The notes under the pieces: generated by a model
Database searches by the model: none
Seen by the model: the letters and a program-made list of their open reading frames with translations, nothing else
What the model was told of the DNA's origin: nothing
Translations under genes and position numbers: made by a program
Source: Piromyces finnis finn
Lineage: Eukaryota; Fungi; Neocallimastigomycota
Direction: 5' to 3'
DNA length: 64,000 nucleotides
Assembly: GCA_002104945.1 (NCBI GenBank)
Contig: MCFH01000011.1
Coordinates: 806,001 to 870,000 of the forward strand
Shown: positions 25,046 to 38,425 of the stretch, in pieces
How the letters are laid out: each line of letters opens with the position of its first letter
Position numbering within the stretch: the stretch's first letter is position 1

Positions 25046-28000
25046 TCAATTTTTAAATTCCCTTGTAAATATAAATTCAATAGCATTTTCCATGTCTTTT
25101 TCTTCTCCTTTTCCACTTTTTTCAATACGATTATTTAAACTATCAATACCTTCTTCTACAATCATGGTTTTTAATATATTATCATTGAGCGTTTTAAACG
25201 GCAAATCAAAGGATGAATCTTGTAAAAGAATTTGGGCAATCTTTTTTGTTTTCAAAGAAGAAAAGGTCTGGGTATTCTTATTTTTAAAATCTTTTTCATT
25301 TTCTTCTTCTTGAGAAAGGTTCGATTCAATCTCTTGAATTTTATTTGAAAAAGGTTTCAATTGAATTGGATCGATAATATAGTGTAACCATTCATTTTTT
25401 AATTCATCCATATGATGATGTTGATGACGAACTGTCGTCGCTGGTGCTTCTTTTTTACTTAATTTATTTTTATCTTTTTTGTTTTCCTTTAAAATTTCTT
25501 TTTTACTTGGTGATTTAAGATTTCTTTTAATATCGGCTTTAAGCTAATGATTTTTAAATAATTTATATATATATAATTTTTTTTTTCAAAGTAATTTAAT
25601 TCTATGTATAATTTTAAAATTAGTATATATATATATATATTTTTTTTTACCTTATTACTAAATATACTTGATCCAAGGTGTGGTTCGGTTTGGAAAGATC
25701 CTACTTCTAAAAAGTCTGTATTATTTTCATCATTATCATCAAAATTTAAAAGATCATCAATATTCCCTTCATCATCTTCATCTTCTTTAGCCGCATGAAC
25801 TATTTCTTTTGATTGTTGTGAATTCTTTTTTATTTTTTCTTCTTCTTCTTCTTCTTCTTCTTCACTATCATGAACAATAAATCCATCTAATGAATCATTA
25901 TCATCATCGTTATCAAAATTATTATTACCATTCTCTGGGTATATATTCATATCTGATCCATTCTATTAATTATTATTATTATTAAAAAAAATATTATATT
26001 TAATAATTATAATAATTTTCGAATTGTTTTTTTTTTTTTTTTTTTACCTCACATTTACAATTTAATAGGTCATGCGTGTAACATTTTGAATCATGAAAAG
26101 TAAATAAATCTATTAATTTTTTTTTTTTTTTATAAATATAAAGAATTTTTTAAAATATATTATGAAATGTTAAAAAAAAAAAAAAAGAAAATTAATTATT
26201 ATGGTAGGCAATAAATATATTTTTTACAATCTATTGATATTACCTTTTAATTCATCTATAGTAAATTTATTGGTTGAATTTTTATCATCCTTTAAAAAAA
26301 AAAAAAAAAAAAGTAAATGTTTAATTATAAATGAATATTGGTTTCAAATTTATTTATTTATTCACACATGTGTATATATATATATTTTTACTTTATAAAC
26401 TATAATGAAGTACTTACAATAAGGTTATCACTAAGACTAACTTTTGTAATTTGACGTTGATAAATACTTTCTATAAATGAGAAAAAAGTATATATACATG
26501 TATATTTTATTAATCTATTCATTTTTTGATAAGAAAAAAAAAAAAAGTTGACTAAAATGGTATATTTTTATTTCTATCCATTCATACGATCATAAATATA
26601 TATATATATTTTACCTTCAATGGTACCTGAGGTTAATAAACGATAAATATAAACTTTACGTTTTTGACCATCTCTCCAAATTCTTGCCATGGCTTGAATA
26701 TCTATATAATATATATATTATATGGATATAAGAATGGATGTGTGAGTAGAAGGAAAGAAGGAAAAAAGGATTAGATACAAAAAAAAAAAAAAAAAAGATA
26801 TTTATTGTAAATAATTTTAAATAGTTTATCTATATAAAACTATTCAATCAAAGTAGGTATATACATACCGACACTAGGATTCCAATCAATATCAAATAAT
26901 ATTAAACGTGAGGCTCCTACTAAATTTAATCCTTGGCCACCAGATTTTGAAGATAATAAAAAGAGGACTTGATTAATTAAAAAAAAAAAAGAAAAGAAAA
27001 AAAGAAAAGAATAGAATAGAATAGAAAATTAATATATAAAAATATTATTGGAAATTATCATTTATTATTTTAAATAAAGAACTTTAAATTTTTAATGAAA
27101 TTTCAAGTATAGTATTGACTTACAATAATTTTTATTATTATTAAAGATATCAATATATTCTTGACGTTTATGAGAAGGTGTTTTTCTTTTTTGTTGTAAT
27201 CATAATAGTAATAATATATATATATATAATATTATTGATTATTATCAATAAAAATAATATAAAACAATAAAATAAAGTAAATAAAAAAAAAAAATATTAA
27301 TCTATAGAAATATATTATTTTAATTATTATAATTTTTTTTTATATAGTTATTTACCCATCTAATCGTAAAAAGGTATATTTTTTAATTTTACACATTTCT
27401 TCATAGATATCAAGAGTTTGGGTATAATTGGAAATAAGAACAACTTTTTCATTTGTTTGGGTATGAATAGATTCCAATAGTTTCATTAACACTATAAATT
27501 TTCCTATAGTTATATTATAAATATATATAGATATTTTTTATTTTATACAAAATTGAAGAAAAACAAAAAAAAAAAATAGGTTTTAATATTTTTATATATT
27601 AACGAAGGAATTAAATATTTTATTTATTTTTTTTTTTAATAATAAAAGAATTACCACTTATTTCAGGTGTAAATATTTTTAAACGATGATCTTTAAAATA
27701 ATCATCTAAATCTTGATAAAACGGATCTTCTGGATTTTCTATGTATTTACGATATACCTATCATTACAACAAAATAAAAATATAAATAAATTAATATATA
27801 AAATATTTTAAACTTTTTTTTTTTACCATCCTTTATTCATATTCTGATAGGTATTAAATGTACTTACTAGTAAAGGGGTATTACATAATTTTTTTAAAGC
27901 AATAATACATTGTAAATGACTTGTGGTATCTCGATCTTCACTTCCATAATAGGAAAGGCATTTACGAATAATTGGGGAATCTAAAATCTTTGTATACATT

Positions 28001-30940
28001 TTAATTTGTATATCTGTCGGTCGACAGAAAATAATAGTTTCTTCTTTTGGTGGAAGGTATTTTGAATTAATTTCAGCTGTTCTTCTCAAAATAAACATTC
28101 CCGTAATTCTAATTAACTGTGATTTTTTTTTTTTTTTGGAATATATATATATAATTATTGAAAATTATTTATTATTTTCAGTTAATATTTAAATGGTTAA
28201 GGATCATAAAAAAACAACTCAATTTAATTGCTTTAATACTTTTTAGAGTATATATATACCTATACATATATTTATACTAATTATAGGTATATATCATTTT
28301 TATGATTCTTTTTCCCTACTTACTTCATTAGAACGTTCTTCTCCTAATATTTTCGCTGCCTTTGAACAACGAGGTTGTCTCGATTCTACAATAGGGATTT
28401 CAAATACTTTACGAAAAGATTGTAATGAACCTAATATACCGGGATTAACAAAATCAACCATTGAATAATACTCACCCATATCATTTTGAATAGGTGTACC
28501 AGAAAGAATAATTCTTTTTGAAATATTTAATGATTTAATAGCTAAAGCTGTTTTAATTTGGGCACTTTTTAATCGATGTCCTAAAAGGAATGAATGAATC
28601 AATGAATCAACAATTCAAATGGTAAAGAATTATATTATATTTGATATTTATATTTATACTATTTTAATTTGAAAAAATTATAAATACCTTCATCACAAAT
28701 GATAATGTCAAAAGAAACTTTAGATAAATCCTCATATAAAGATCTTAACTAATAAAATATTTATTATATAATTTTAATTTCAATTTTTATTTTAAATAAT
28801 AATAAATTATATTATATTAACCTTTTCATAGCCCATAATGACTACTGAATATATTCTTCCCAATGATATGGTTAATATATCCTTTTTTGATTCTACAATC
28901 ATTACTTTAATACGTTCATCACCAATCCATTTATTAAATTCTTTTTTCCAGTTCTGGAGAAATTAATTTTTATTACAAAAATATATTGAAAATAAAGTCA
29001 ACATTCTTGTATTATTATTTTTTTTTTTTTTTTTTAAAAAAAAAAGAAAGAAAAAATATATATATTTATTTTTATAATTACCATGACTAGAGACTATTAT
29101 TTAATTTATTATAATCATATAAATATATTAAAATATTCAATAATTTTATTAATATTCATTTTTTTTTTTTTTTCATTAAAAAAGAAATTATTGATTATTA
29201 TATTTACAGCTGGACAAATAATCAAGGCTTTGTATAATTTAAAAAATTTATATTCATACATATTTATTAATATATAATATAATGATAATATAACTTTTTT
29301 TTTTTATAAATATTAATTATAAAAAAAAAAAATACCTTTTTGAATAATGGATTTATCACCAAAAAATGGTGTCTGCTCTATTATTTATAAAAGTTATCAT
29401 ATATAAAAAAATGTATTGTATTAATCCTTTTAATAAATAGTAAAGTATAGTATGCCTTTAATTTATTAAAAAGATAACTTACTTAATAAAGTCCAAATTA
29501 GTGAAATTGTCTATAATTATAAAGAATAGAAAAGAATTATTCATATAGAATTATACTAAGTAAAAATTTTTGAATTTTTTTTTTTTTTTTAAATTTTAAT
29601 TTTTATAAATTTTTATGTACTTGAATCGTTTTTCCTAAACCCATTTCTTTAATAATATTATATAAAAAGAAAGTAAAATGTTAATTTTTTATTTATATTG
29701 TTATTATTATTATTAATTTTTTTTTTTTTTTGTAATTTTATTTTTAATCTATTAAATAGAAATTTTTTATTTGTAACTTACCATCAGCTAATATACAGCC
29801 ATTACCATTATAATCTTTTAGTAGTTATTTTTATTAATATAGAAATATAAGTTAGGAATAGGAATAAGATATTAATTATAAAATAAAACTTTAAAAACCA
29901 TAATAGATTATATTATTGATAATATACTTTTCATTCCCATGATACATTCATATAAAAAGGTAATTCCTTCTCTTTGATGAGGTCGTAAAACATTAGTTAA
30001 TAAGGGATCTACTACTACATCCACAATAGGTCTTTTTCTTGGATTATGAATTCGACAATATTCTGAAGTAGGTCTTGGCATAACTATTTATATATTATTA
30101 CAAAGTTAATTTCTATTACCTAATAATCTAATAATGATAATAAAAGAAAAAAAAATTTTTTTTTTCTTTATTTATAGTTACTTAAAGCATTTTCACCAGT
30201 TATGGAATATTTTGGTACAGGAACAATTTCTTTTTTTTTTACTTGATTTTTAGCTGTTAAAGGACATTTAAATTCTATTATAAATAATAAAAAGTGGATA
30301 GATATTTTATGATGATGAATATTTTTAGTTTATTTGCTTTTTTTTTTTTTTTGCAAATAATAAAAAAAAATTTTTTGATTTTATTATAACATACTATTTT
30401 GATGAATAGAAGGCATTCCTGTAGAAATCGATTTAGTATTATCGCTTAACTTTAAAAAACAACGACCGCTGGTATATTGTTTTTCATCCAATACTGACAT
30501 TATCTTATGGATAAAGATGAAGAAAAAAAAAAAAGTTTTTTTTTATTAATACTATTAATAATATTAAATTTTAATTTTTAATGTATAAAATTTTTTTTAG
30601 TATTATTACTTCAAATTCCTTTTGACCTAAATATAGAGTGACCCCTTCTTCCAAAGATTTGTTTCTATCTTGACCTTTTGCAATACTTTTTTTTTTCATT
30701 ATTTCATTATTATTATTATTAAAAATAATAATATTTAATATTTAATATAAAATATGATTGAATTTAAAAAATATATTTTAGAGTTTTGATTATAGAATAA
30801 AATATTGTATTAAAAAGTACTCTTTTCCGTCTTCATCCTTTAACAATAACGATTTTCCATTGACAATTAAAATACCTTTATAATATTATATATATATAAT
30901 TTTTTTAAAACATATATATTATTAAAATTGAAATTTCAAT

Positions 30941-30975
<35 letters not shown>

Positions 30976-31792
30976 TAATATTTAAATATTCATATATAAA
31001 TTTTAAATTTACCATCTCCTTCCCATGTTTTATTCTTTATTCGTATTATGGTTATATATATTTTAAATGATAATAAGATAATATAAATACATTAATTATT
31101 GAAAATTGAAAAAAAAAAAAAGTAAAATCATTTTAATGAAATTTTAATTCTGAAATGTGAATTGAAAACATTTCTTTACTTTTTTAGTAGTCTTTTTTCG
31201 CCTAAATATATTTTATTATTTTTTTTAAACAAAATGATTTTTGGTTATTCATAAAATTATTTATGTTATATATATATATATTTTTTATTTTATTCATTTA
31301 ATAAAATTAGTATTGAATTTCAATTCTTTATTCTTACCATACAACGTTATAATACAATTTTTTTTCAGACTTTTCTTCTCCTTCCACTTCTGTATCGGCG
31401 GTTTTAGCAATTGTATTATTCTTATTGATAGTAAGTTTTGTAGGTTTAGTAAAAAGAGGTTTTTTATAATTTCCACTTGCTAATTTAATTTTTTTTGCAG
31501 GTGGTTGTAATGGTGTCGTTGAATTATTATTATTACTATTATTATTATCTTCAGTCACTTGATTTTCTTTTAAGTCGTCCACATTTGTCGTTGTTGTAGG
31601 GTTAGCAGATAATATTTTTGTTTTTAAATTTGAAATATTATTAGTAGATGTTGATTTTTTATTAAGAAGGGGATTTTGAAAGCCCTTTCCATTATTGGTA
31701 GTTGAAGTAGATTTCAAAATTGGGGATTTAAATTTTGATAATGAACTACCCAAAGTTTTATTTCTTTGGGAAGGAGCTAAAGACCTTCTCAT
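25046..31792 (-). CDS. RAD54B: RAD54B/Rdh54-type SNF2-family DNA translocase, highly intron-rich (>20 exons)
   Basis: The N-terminus MRRSLAPSQ and [25 protein letters not shown] match the RAD54B N-terminal pattern. Spliced helicase motifs: [115 protein letters not shown]. The last exon is 25543-25046. Confidence 0.92.
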
Positions 31793-32194
31793 TATAGGTA
31801 TATATGTTTATATATACTATATTTTGTAATTTATGAAAGTATATTTATACGAATTATAAAAAGAACAATAAATTGTGTATATATATAAAAAAAAAAAAAA
31901 TTGCTTCTATTTTTAAAATGTTATTAATTTCTTTTTATTCTATATCTATTTTTTTAAAATTAATTGGTTTAAAAATAAAAATGAATTAGTCAATAAATAT
32001 AATGTTATATATTGAAATGAATATTATTATAATAGCAGTAGTTATTATTATGTTTTTCCAACTAGAATGATATCTAGAATAATAAGAATTAAATTTGTGA
32101 AATTGCTAAAGCGTAGTTGAATTCAAAATTTTGAATTGCCTTTAAAATGTAATAAAAATAAAAGTAATTATTTTTGATTCTTTTTCAATTGACG

Positions 32195-32231
<37 letters not shown>

Positions 32232-32367
32232 GGGAAAATAACTTTCTTTTTATTTCATTTTTATTATTCTTTTTATTAAGAAATATTAAAAAAAATTGCT
32301 TAACAATTAAAAAATTTATTCCTTTTTTTTTTTTAAAAAATAAAAAGTTACCATAAAAAATCATAAT

Positions 32368-32375
32368 ATCACGTG
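32368..32375 (+). promoter_or_regulatory. RTCACGTG E-box (Cbf1/CDEI-type bHLH site) ~580 bp upstream of the RAD54B start
   Basis: Exact ATCACGTG in near GC-free intergenic DNA; function is inferred only. Confidence 0.35.
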
Positions 32376-32779
32376 CATTTTTATATTCATTTTTTGTGTT
32401 ACCTTAATTTCTGTATAATAATTTTATATTAAAAAAGGACAATTTCAACAACCTTTTCTTTCTTATTAAATATAGTAGTCATTTTAATGTTTTTTTTTTT
32501 GGTTTTTATTTTTATTTTATTATTATATACTTAATCGAAATAATTTTAAAACTTACAATAAAAAATATATATAATCTATAAATAAAAGTTGTTATTAAAA
32601 AAGTATAAAAAATAAGTATTTGTTTTTTATAAATAGTTATTTTTGTTATTTAAAAAAAGAAGTATCTATATAAAAATTAAAATCTATCAATGGCAATATT
32701 AATATAAATAAATTAATGTGTCTTTTTTTTTTAATCCCTTAAATTCAATATGAATTTAAACTTGTGATTATGAGTAACT

Positions 32780-33689
32780 TTAAAATGAACCAAGAGCCAT
32801 TCTTTTTCCCTTTTTACGACCTAATTGGAATTGTCTAGCCATTTCAAATTGCTTTTCCATATCATTTTCCATTTTATGTGAGAACTTATCATCAATAGCA
32901 GATTGGTTTTGATAACCAGAGGTGTTAGAAGATGCTTTTAATGAACCAAAAAGACCCTTCTTTTTACCAGCACCAGTGGCATTAGAAGTTTCCTTATTTT
33001 CAGATTTCTTAGCACCTAATAAACGAAGGAACTTTTCTTTTTTTTGTGTATCTCCATGGAAAGTAGCCTTACTCCAATCATTCCAATGACCACTTCCATT
33101 ATTATTGTTGTTCGTAGTTGTTTCTGGTTTAGCTTCTTCTTTTTCTATTTCTTTATCTTTGTTTTTTTCTTTTTTATCTTTTTTATCTTTTTTTTCTTTC
33201 TTGTCTTTTTTATCCTTATGTTTTTCTTTCTTTTCTTTTTTTTCCTTTTTTTCCTTCTTTTCTTTCTTTTCCTTCTTATCTTTATGTTTTTCCTTTTTGT
33301 CTTTATGTTTCTTTTCTTTAACTTTTTTTTTTTTCCCAATTACAAATAAAATTATTGAATAATAAACAAATAGGCAACAACAACAATAATAATAAAATAT
33401 AATATATATAATATATTTAATAGTTAAAATATAAACATTAGACATTATTAGATTGAAAATATTTTATTTTTTTAAAAAAAAAAAAAAAAAAAAGAAATTT
33501 CAAAATTTTAATCTTAAAATCTAAATTTTTAAAAATCATAAAATTAAAATCTATTAAATTTATTATTCATTGAATTAATAAATATAATAACACTATACCT
33601 TCTTCCTTATTTTCAAGTTTTATTTTTTTATCTTCCTTTTCTTCTAATTCATTTTCAGCTTTATTTTCATGCTTTCTCTTGTGACCCAT
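32780..33689 (-). CDS. Lysine-rich SMAP (small acidic protein)-domain protein, KNOP1/C11orf58-like, 2 exons
   Basis: Exons 33689-33599 (MGHKRKHENK...) and 33321-32780. KEKK/KDKK repeats are followed by NDWSKATFHGDTQKKEKFLRLLGAKK...MEKQFEMARQ, the SMAP-domain pattern. Confidence 0.82.
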
Positions 33690-33999
33690 ATTGATTATAT
33701 TCTTTACTATAAATTATAATATTGAAAATATATTTTAAAATAAAAAAAAAAAAAGAAAAATTAATTAATTATTTATTTCTTTTTTTAATAAAATATACAA
33801 TATCTATTGTTTTTGAAATTTATCACTGAAATATTGAAATATTACAATTATTATTATAGTAAATGTAAATAATTTATAATTTTTAAAAAAATTTCTTTTT
33901 CAATTTCCTTTTTAAAAAAAAAAAAAAATTTAAAGATGTTGGTATTAATAAAAAAAAATTTTTTTTTAAATAAACAATCATTTTACATATATATGAATA

Positions 34000-34007
34000 C
34001 ACGTGAT
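34000..34007 (-). promoter_or_regulatory. RTCACGTG E-box ~310 bp upstream of the SMAP-domain gene start
   Basis: CACGTGAT on the + strand reads ATCACGTG on the - strand; function is inferred only. Confidence 0.35.
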
Positions 34008-34235
34008 ATTTTTAATGAAAATCATTTTAATTCATTTTTTGTATTTATTTATGTAATTTATTAAAATGTTTTATTTATTTATTCAAAATATAAATAAAAT
34101 GATAATATAAAAGGAAAGGCACCAAGGAAAATAAATATTTTTATTCTATAGTAATACTATATTATATGATATATAGGAATGGAGATTTATTAATGATTAA
34201 TCTTAAAAATAAATAAATATTTTTTGTATCATTAT

Positions 34236-35848
34236 TTAGTTCTCCCTAAACTCTGGTTCTTCATAATAATCATATCTTGATAGATTTTCTGATGTTAAAC
34301 TACAATCACTAGTTTGTAAATCAGTATCTGTTACCTATATATTGTTATATTTTAAAGGAATTAATACATTATATATTTAGTAAATAGTAAAAAAAAAGAA
34401 AAGAAAAGGATGATTAAAATATAGATATATATTATCTCATAATAATTTAAAATATTTATATATTTTATAATCACCATATAATCACTAATTGCTTCATCAC
34501 TCTTTTCCTCATTATCATCTATTATTCTATAAATAAGTAAAAATATATTATAAATATATATTTAATCAAATATTTGGTAAAAATATAATTATTTAATTTA
34601 TACTTGTTTATAGCATAAATAATTATTATTTACATTTCACTTTTTCTATTATTGAGTATGTTATTGGTAGCTGAACTAATTTTATCTATTAAATCAATAT
34701 TATTACTATTATCCATCTTTTCATCTATTTTATGTAAATAACAAATAATTTATTTTGTTATGAATTGCAAATGAAAAGTATATATAATTTTAATATCTAT
34801 TTTATTACCATTATTTAAATCAAACATCATCGGTTCTACATTCTTTTTTATTAAATATAAAAAAAAAAAAAAAAAAAAAAAAAACAATAATAAATTATTA
34901 ATATTTAAATATTACTATCCTTTTTTTTTTAAATATTATAATCAATGTAGAATTTTCATATTATTTTTTAATTAATATAATTACAGATTTAAATTGAGAT
35001 CTAAATATGGTATATAAAAGTGGTTCATCTTGAACAATTGGATTATTCTCTTTTTTTTTCTCAGGCTTTAATAATTATCATTCATATTGTGGATTGTTGT
35101 TGTTGTTGTAGTTTTATGTAGTTTTAAAATAAAAAATATATTAAATTAATAATTTTTTAATATGTACATTAAATTATTAATATATCTATCAATGATATTT
35201 ACTAAAGAAGCTTCTGCTAACAATACAGATTTTGTATAGGTCATACCGTAAAAATTTAAAAAATCACAAATTAATTCCAGCATTTTTATACCTTTTTTTT
35301 TAAAAAAAAAGAAAAAAAAAAGTGAAATTATTATTAAATAAATTATATAATTATTATTAATAAATATAAAGGCATAGTATATAAATATATATAATAGAGT
35401 CTATCAAAGAAAGTATAATAAAATAATATATAAGTGGTTTCTACCTCCATCTAAATTCTTTATACTATTTATCTTTTTAATATTTTCATCATGATTTTTT
35501 AATTGAATTTCAGAATTTTTATTAGCATTAATTACAGAGAATACAGATGCTCTTAATTCAGCCTACATGATAAAAATAATTTATATCATTTATTTATCAT
35601 AATTTATTATTTAAATTTGTATTAAATACAAAATCATAAAAGTTATTAGCATTAAATTATTTTTGGGTTGAAATATTAAAAATTGGTTATATTCCACTCT
35701 TTTTCTTTAAATTATATCACTTTTTTTATAAAAAAAAAAAAAAGTCATTAATTATTACTTTTATTTTTCCAAGAGTACCATCCTTTACTAATGAATCTGA
35801 TACTAATTGTTTTAATTGTTCTAATTCTTTTGTAGATTTTGAATTCAT
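34236..35848 (-). CDS. FOP/CEP43 (FGFR1OP)-like centriolar LisH-domain protein, ~8 small exons; missed by the ORF track
   Basis: Exon 1 (35848-35759, MNSKSTKELEQLKQLVSDSLVKDGTLGKIK) splices to exon 2 (from 35562, AELRASVFSVI). A later exon reads GIKMLELICDFLNFYGMTYTKSVLLAEASL (LisH). This resembles the FOP dimerisation region (L..L.Q.L...G.L..IKAELRA.VF). The last exon ends ...YEEPEFREN* at 34236. Confidence 0.8.
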
Positions 35849-36013
35849 TTTTTTTTTTTATTTTATAATTCGGTATAAAAAAGAATAAAATAACTTTTAA
35901 AATTGTGATTTTCCCCTCTTATATTAAATAAATTACTTTTTTTTTTTTTAATATTAACATAGATAGAATTGTACAAAATAATAAAAATAAAAATGTTTAT
36001 ATATAAGTATATA

Positions 36014-36045
<32 letters not shown>

Positions 36046-36450
36046 CTTTATGTTGCTGCTCTAAAAAAAAAAAAAATTGTTTTTATTTATTTTTTTTATT
36101 ATATTAATTAAAAACAAATTAAAGTTAATTCTTTTTAAATATTAATTATTAAAATTAGCTAAAAAAAAAAATATGTAAAGATTATTAATAAACCAAATTT
36201 ATTATTTAAAAAATAAAAAATATTGGAACTAATCTCTTTTATTCTCTTCATTTTTTGTAGACTTTCAAAGTATTGTATTTAAATCATTTAACAATCCATA
36301 TTCTTTTATATATTTTTAATTTTTATTATTTCATGACAGAAATATTATTATTTTATTTTTCTTAATAATGAAATAAAAAAAAAAAAACATTGTTCAATTT
36401 TAAGCTTATTAAGGTTTTTTTAATTAAATATCAATTATTCTCGTTATAAA

Positions 36451-36489
<39 letters not shown>

Positions 36490-38425
36490 AATGGTCTATC
36501 AATGCTTTTGGAATAAAAATGTTAATATTTAATATATTTAATGAAAAAGATGCAGTAATGCACGTTACATTATTATCCTTTTTATTATTGTTATCATTAT
36601 ATTATTTATTGTTTCTTTTAGAATTAACATAAAACTAAAATATTATCTTTATTTACATTAAAGATCAATAGAGCTAACAATAACATTTTTTTTTATTTAT
36701 GATTCATTACCATCATTTTTATTAGTAATAGTAATAACTATCATCGTTGTCACATTACATTTAAACTTTATACCTTTTTATTTAATCCTATTTTATAAAT
36801 AGATTCAATTATAAAATTAATTACAATTTGTATATTTAAATGAAAATAGCAAATAATAGATACCAAAATAATATTAGGTAATAACTATTTTTAATTATTA
36901 TTTCTCTATTGCTCTTCTGGTATCTTTTTCTTCTTTTTGCTACGTTTTCTTTATTTCTTAGGTCGTTGTGTTGATCTCCACTTTTCAACCATTTTAAAAT
37001 TAATGATTTTATTATAAAATAAAGTTTCAAACTTTAATTTGGGATTACACTTTTAATATATGATCCATATATATATTATATTGCATTTTAATTAATACAT
37101 TTCCTATTGTGGTAATTATATTTATTAAATAATTTTTAATAGAATTAAAATTTCAAAATACAATTTGGTTAAATAAGGTATAATGAAATTAATATATATT
37201 AAAATTAATTCATAATATATAGAATTTATTTAAAAGGAATATAAATGGATGTAATACAAAAGAAAAACATAATTGAAATCGGAAAACAGAAAACGAAAAG
37301 AAAGCGTAAGAAAGAAAGGTAAAGGTGATTAGAAATAGCCTTCAGTAAAATTTAATAAGGAAAAAGTGATAAAAAGTGAAAATCTAGTAGAAAAAATCAT
37401 TAAAATATTAATAGTTTAAGAGGAATTAGATGATATAATTGTATAAAATTATTATTACAGTAATAATGCTATGTAACTAGAAATTTTATACATTTGATCA
37501 ATATAAAAAAAAAAAAAATACATTTATTAATAATAATGATAATAATAAAAGAAAAGACATTATGATAACTACACGCATTCACGCACCCATTCACGCACCC
37601 ATTCCTTCATTCATGCCAATTATCCTAAAATAAAAATAAAAATCGATCTTAAAATCAGTTTTTTTTTTTTTTTTTTTATTTAAACTTTTATTTAATTTCT
37701 AATTCATTTTATTATATTATATTAAATTAAATTAAATGATTTTACATTTATTCTAATTGACTAAAATTATATTTAAATATATATTGAAAATATTTTATTG
37801 GTATTATATAAAAAAAAAAAAAAGGAAAAAGGGAAAGAGACACCTTTTAAAACAAAAAAAAGTTTTTATCATTTTCAATTAAAATAAAAAGTAAACTAAG
37901 CTAAAAAAAAAAAAAAAGATGACATTTTAATAAAAGAAAAAACAATAAAGACAATTATATAAAAAAGTATATATATAAATATACCTATGAATATTTAAAT
38001 ATCTTTATAGAAGAAAAAATTAGGTATTATATTTTAAAATATTTGATAGATAAAAATTGCACCATTGTATTGTCCAAAATAAAAATTTTAAATTTTATTT
38101 TTATATTTTTATATCTATACTCTTACTCCTATTCAATACTATTCTAATTAATATAAAAGTATAGTTTAATAAAGTAAATCATTTACTATCCGTATAAATA
38201 GATTTATTTAGTGAAATTAAAAGAAAAATATATATATATATTATAAGTATTAAAAAATATTCATACAAAGAGAATTAAACAAAAAAAAAAAAAAAAAAGC
38301 AAGCGACTCGATATATTATATTTAAACAAAAAATAATAAGATAAACCTATTTTATTCGAAAAAAAAAATATTACTATTTTATTTATTTCCAATTCTTTTA
38401 TTACGATTAAAAATAAAATAAAACA

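Noticed and set aside
33044-33362. Phe/Ser-rich and Lys-rich alternative-frame ORFs
   Set aside because: Shadows of the KEKK repeats of the SMAP gene.
36836-37450. Purine-skewed segments and a 64-aa ORF that might be decayed coding or LINE sequence
   Set aside because: No consistent splice model or recognisable motif beyond a chance NING-like word.
37570-37615. (CATTCACGCACC)-like short tandem repeat
   Set aside because: Only 2-3 short units; no evidence of function.
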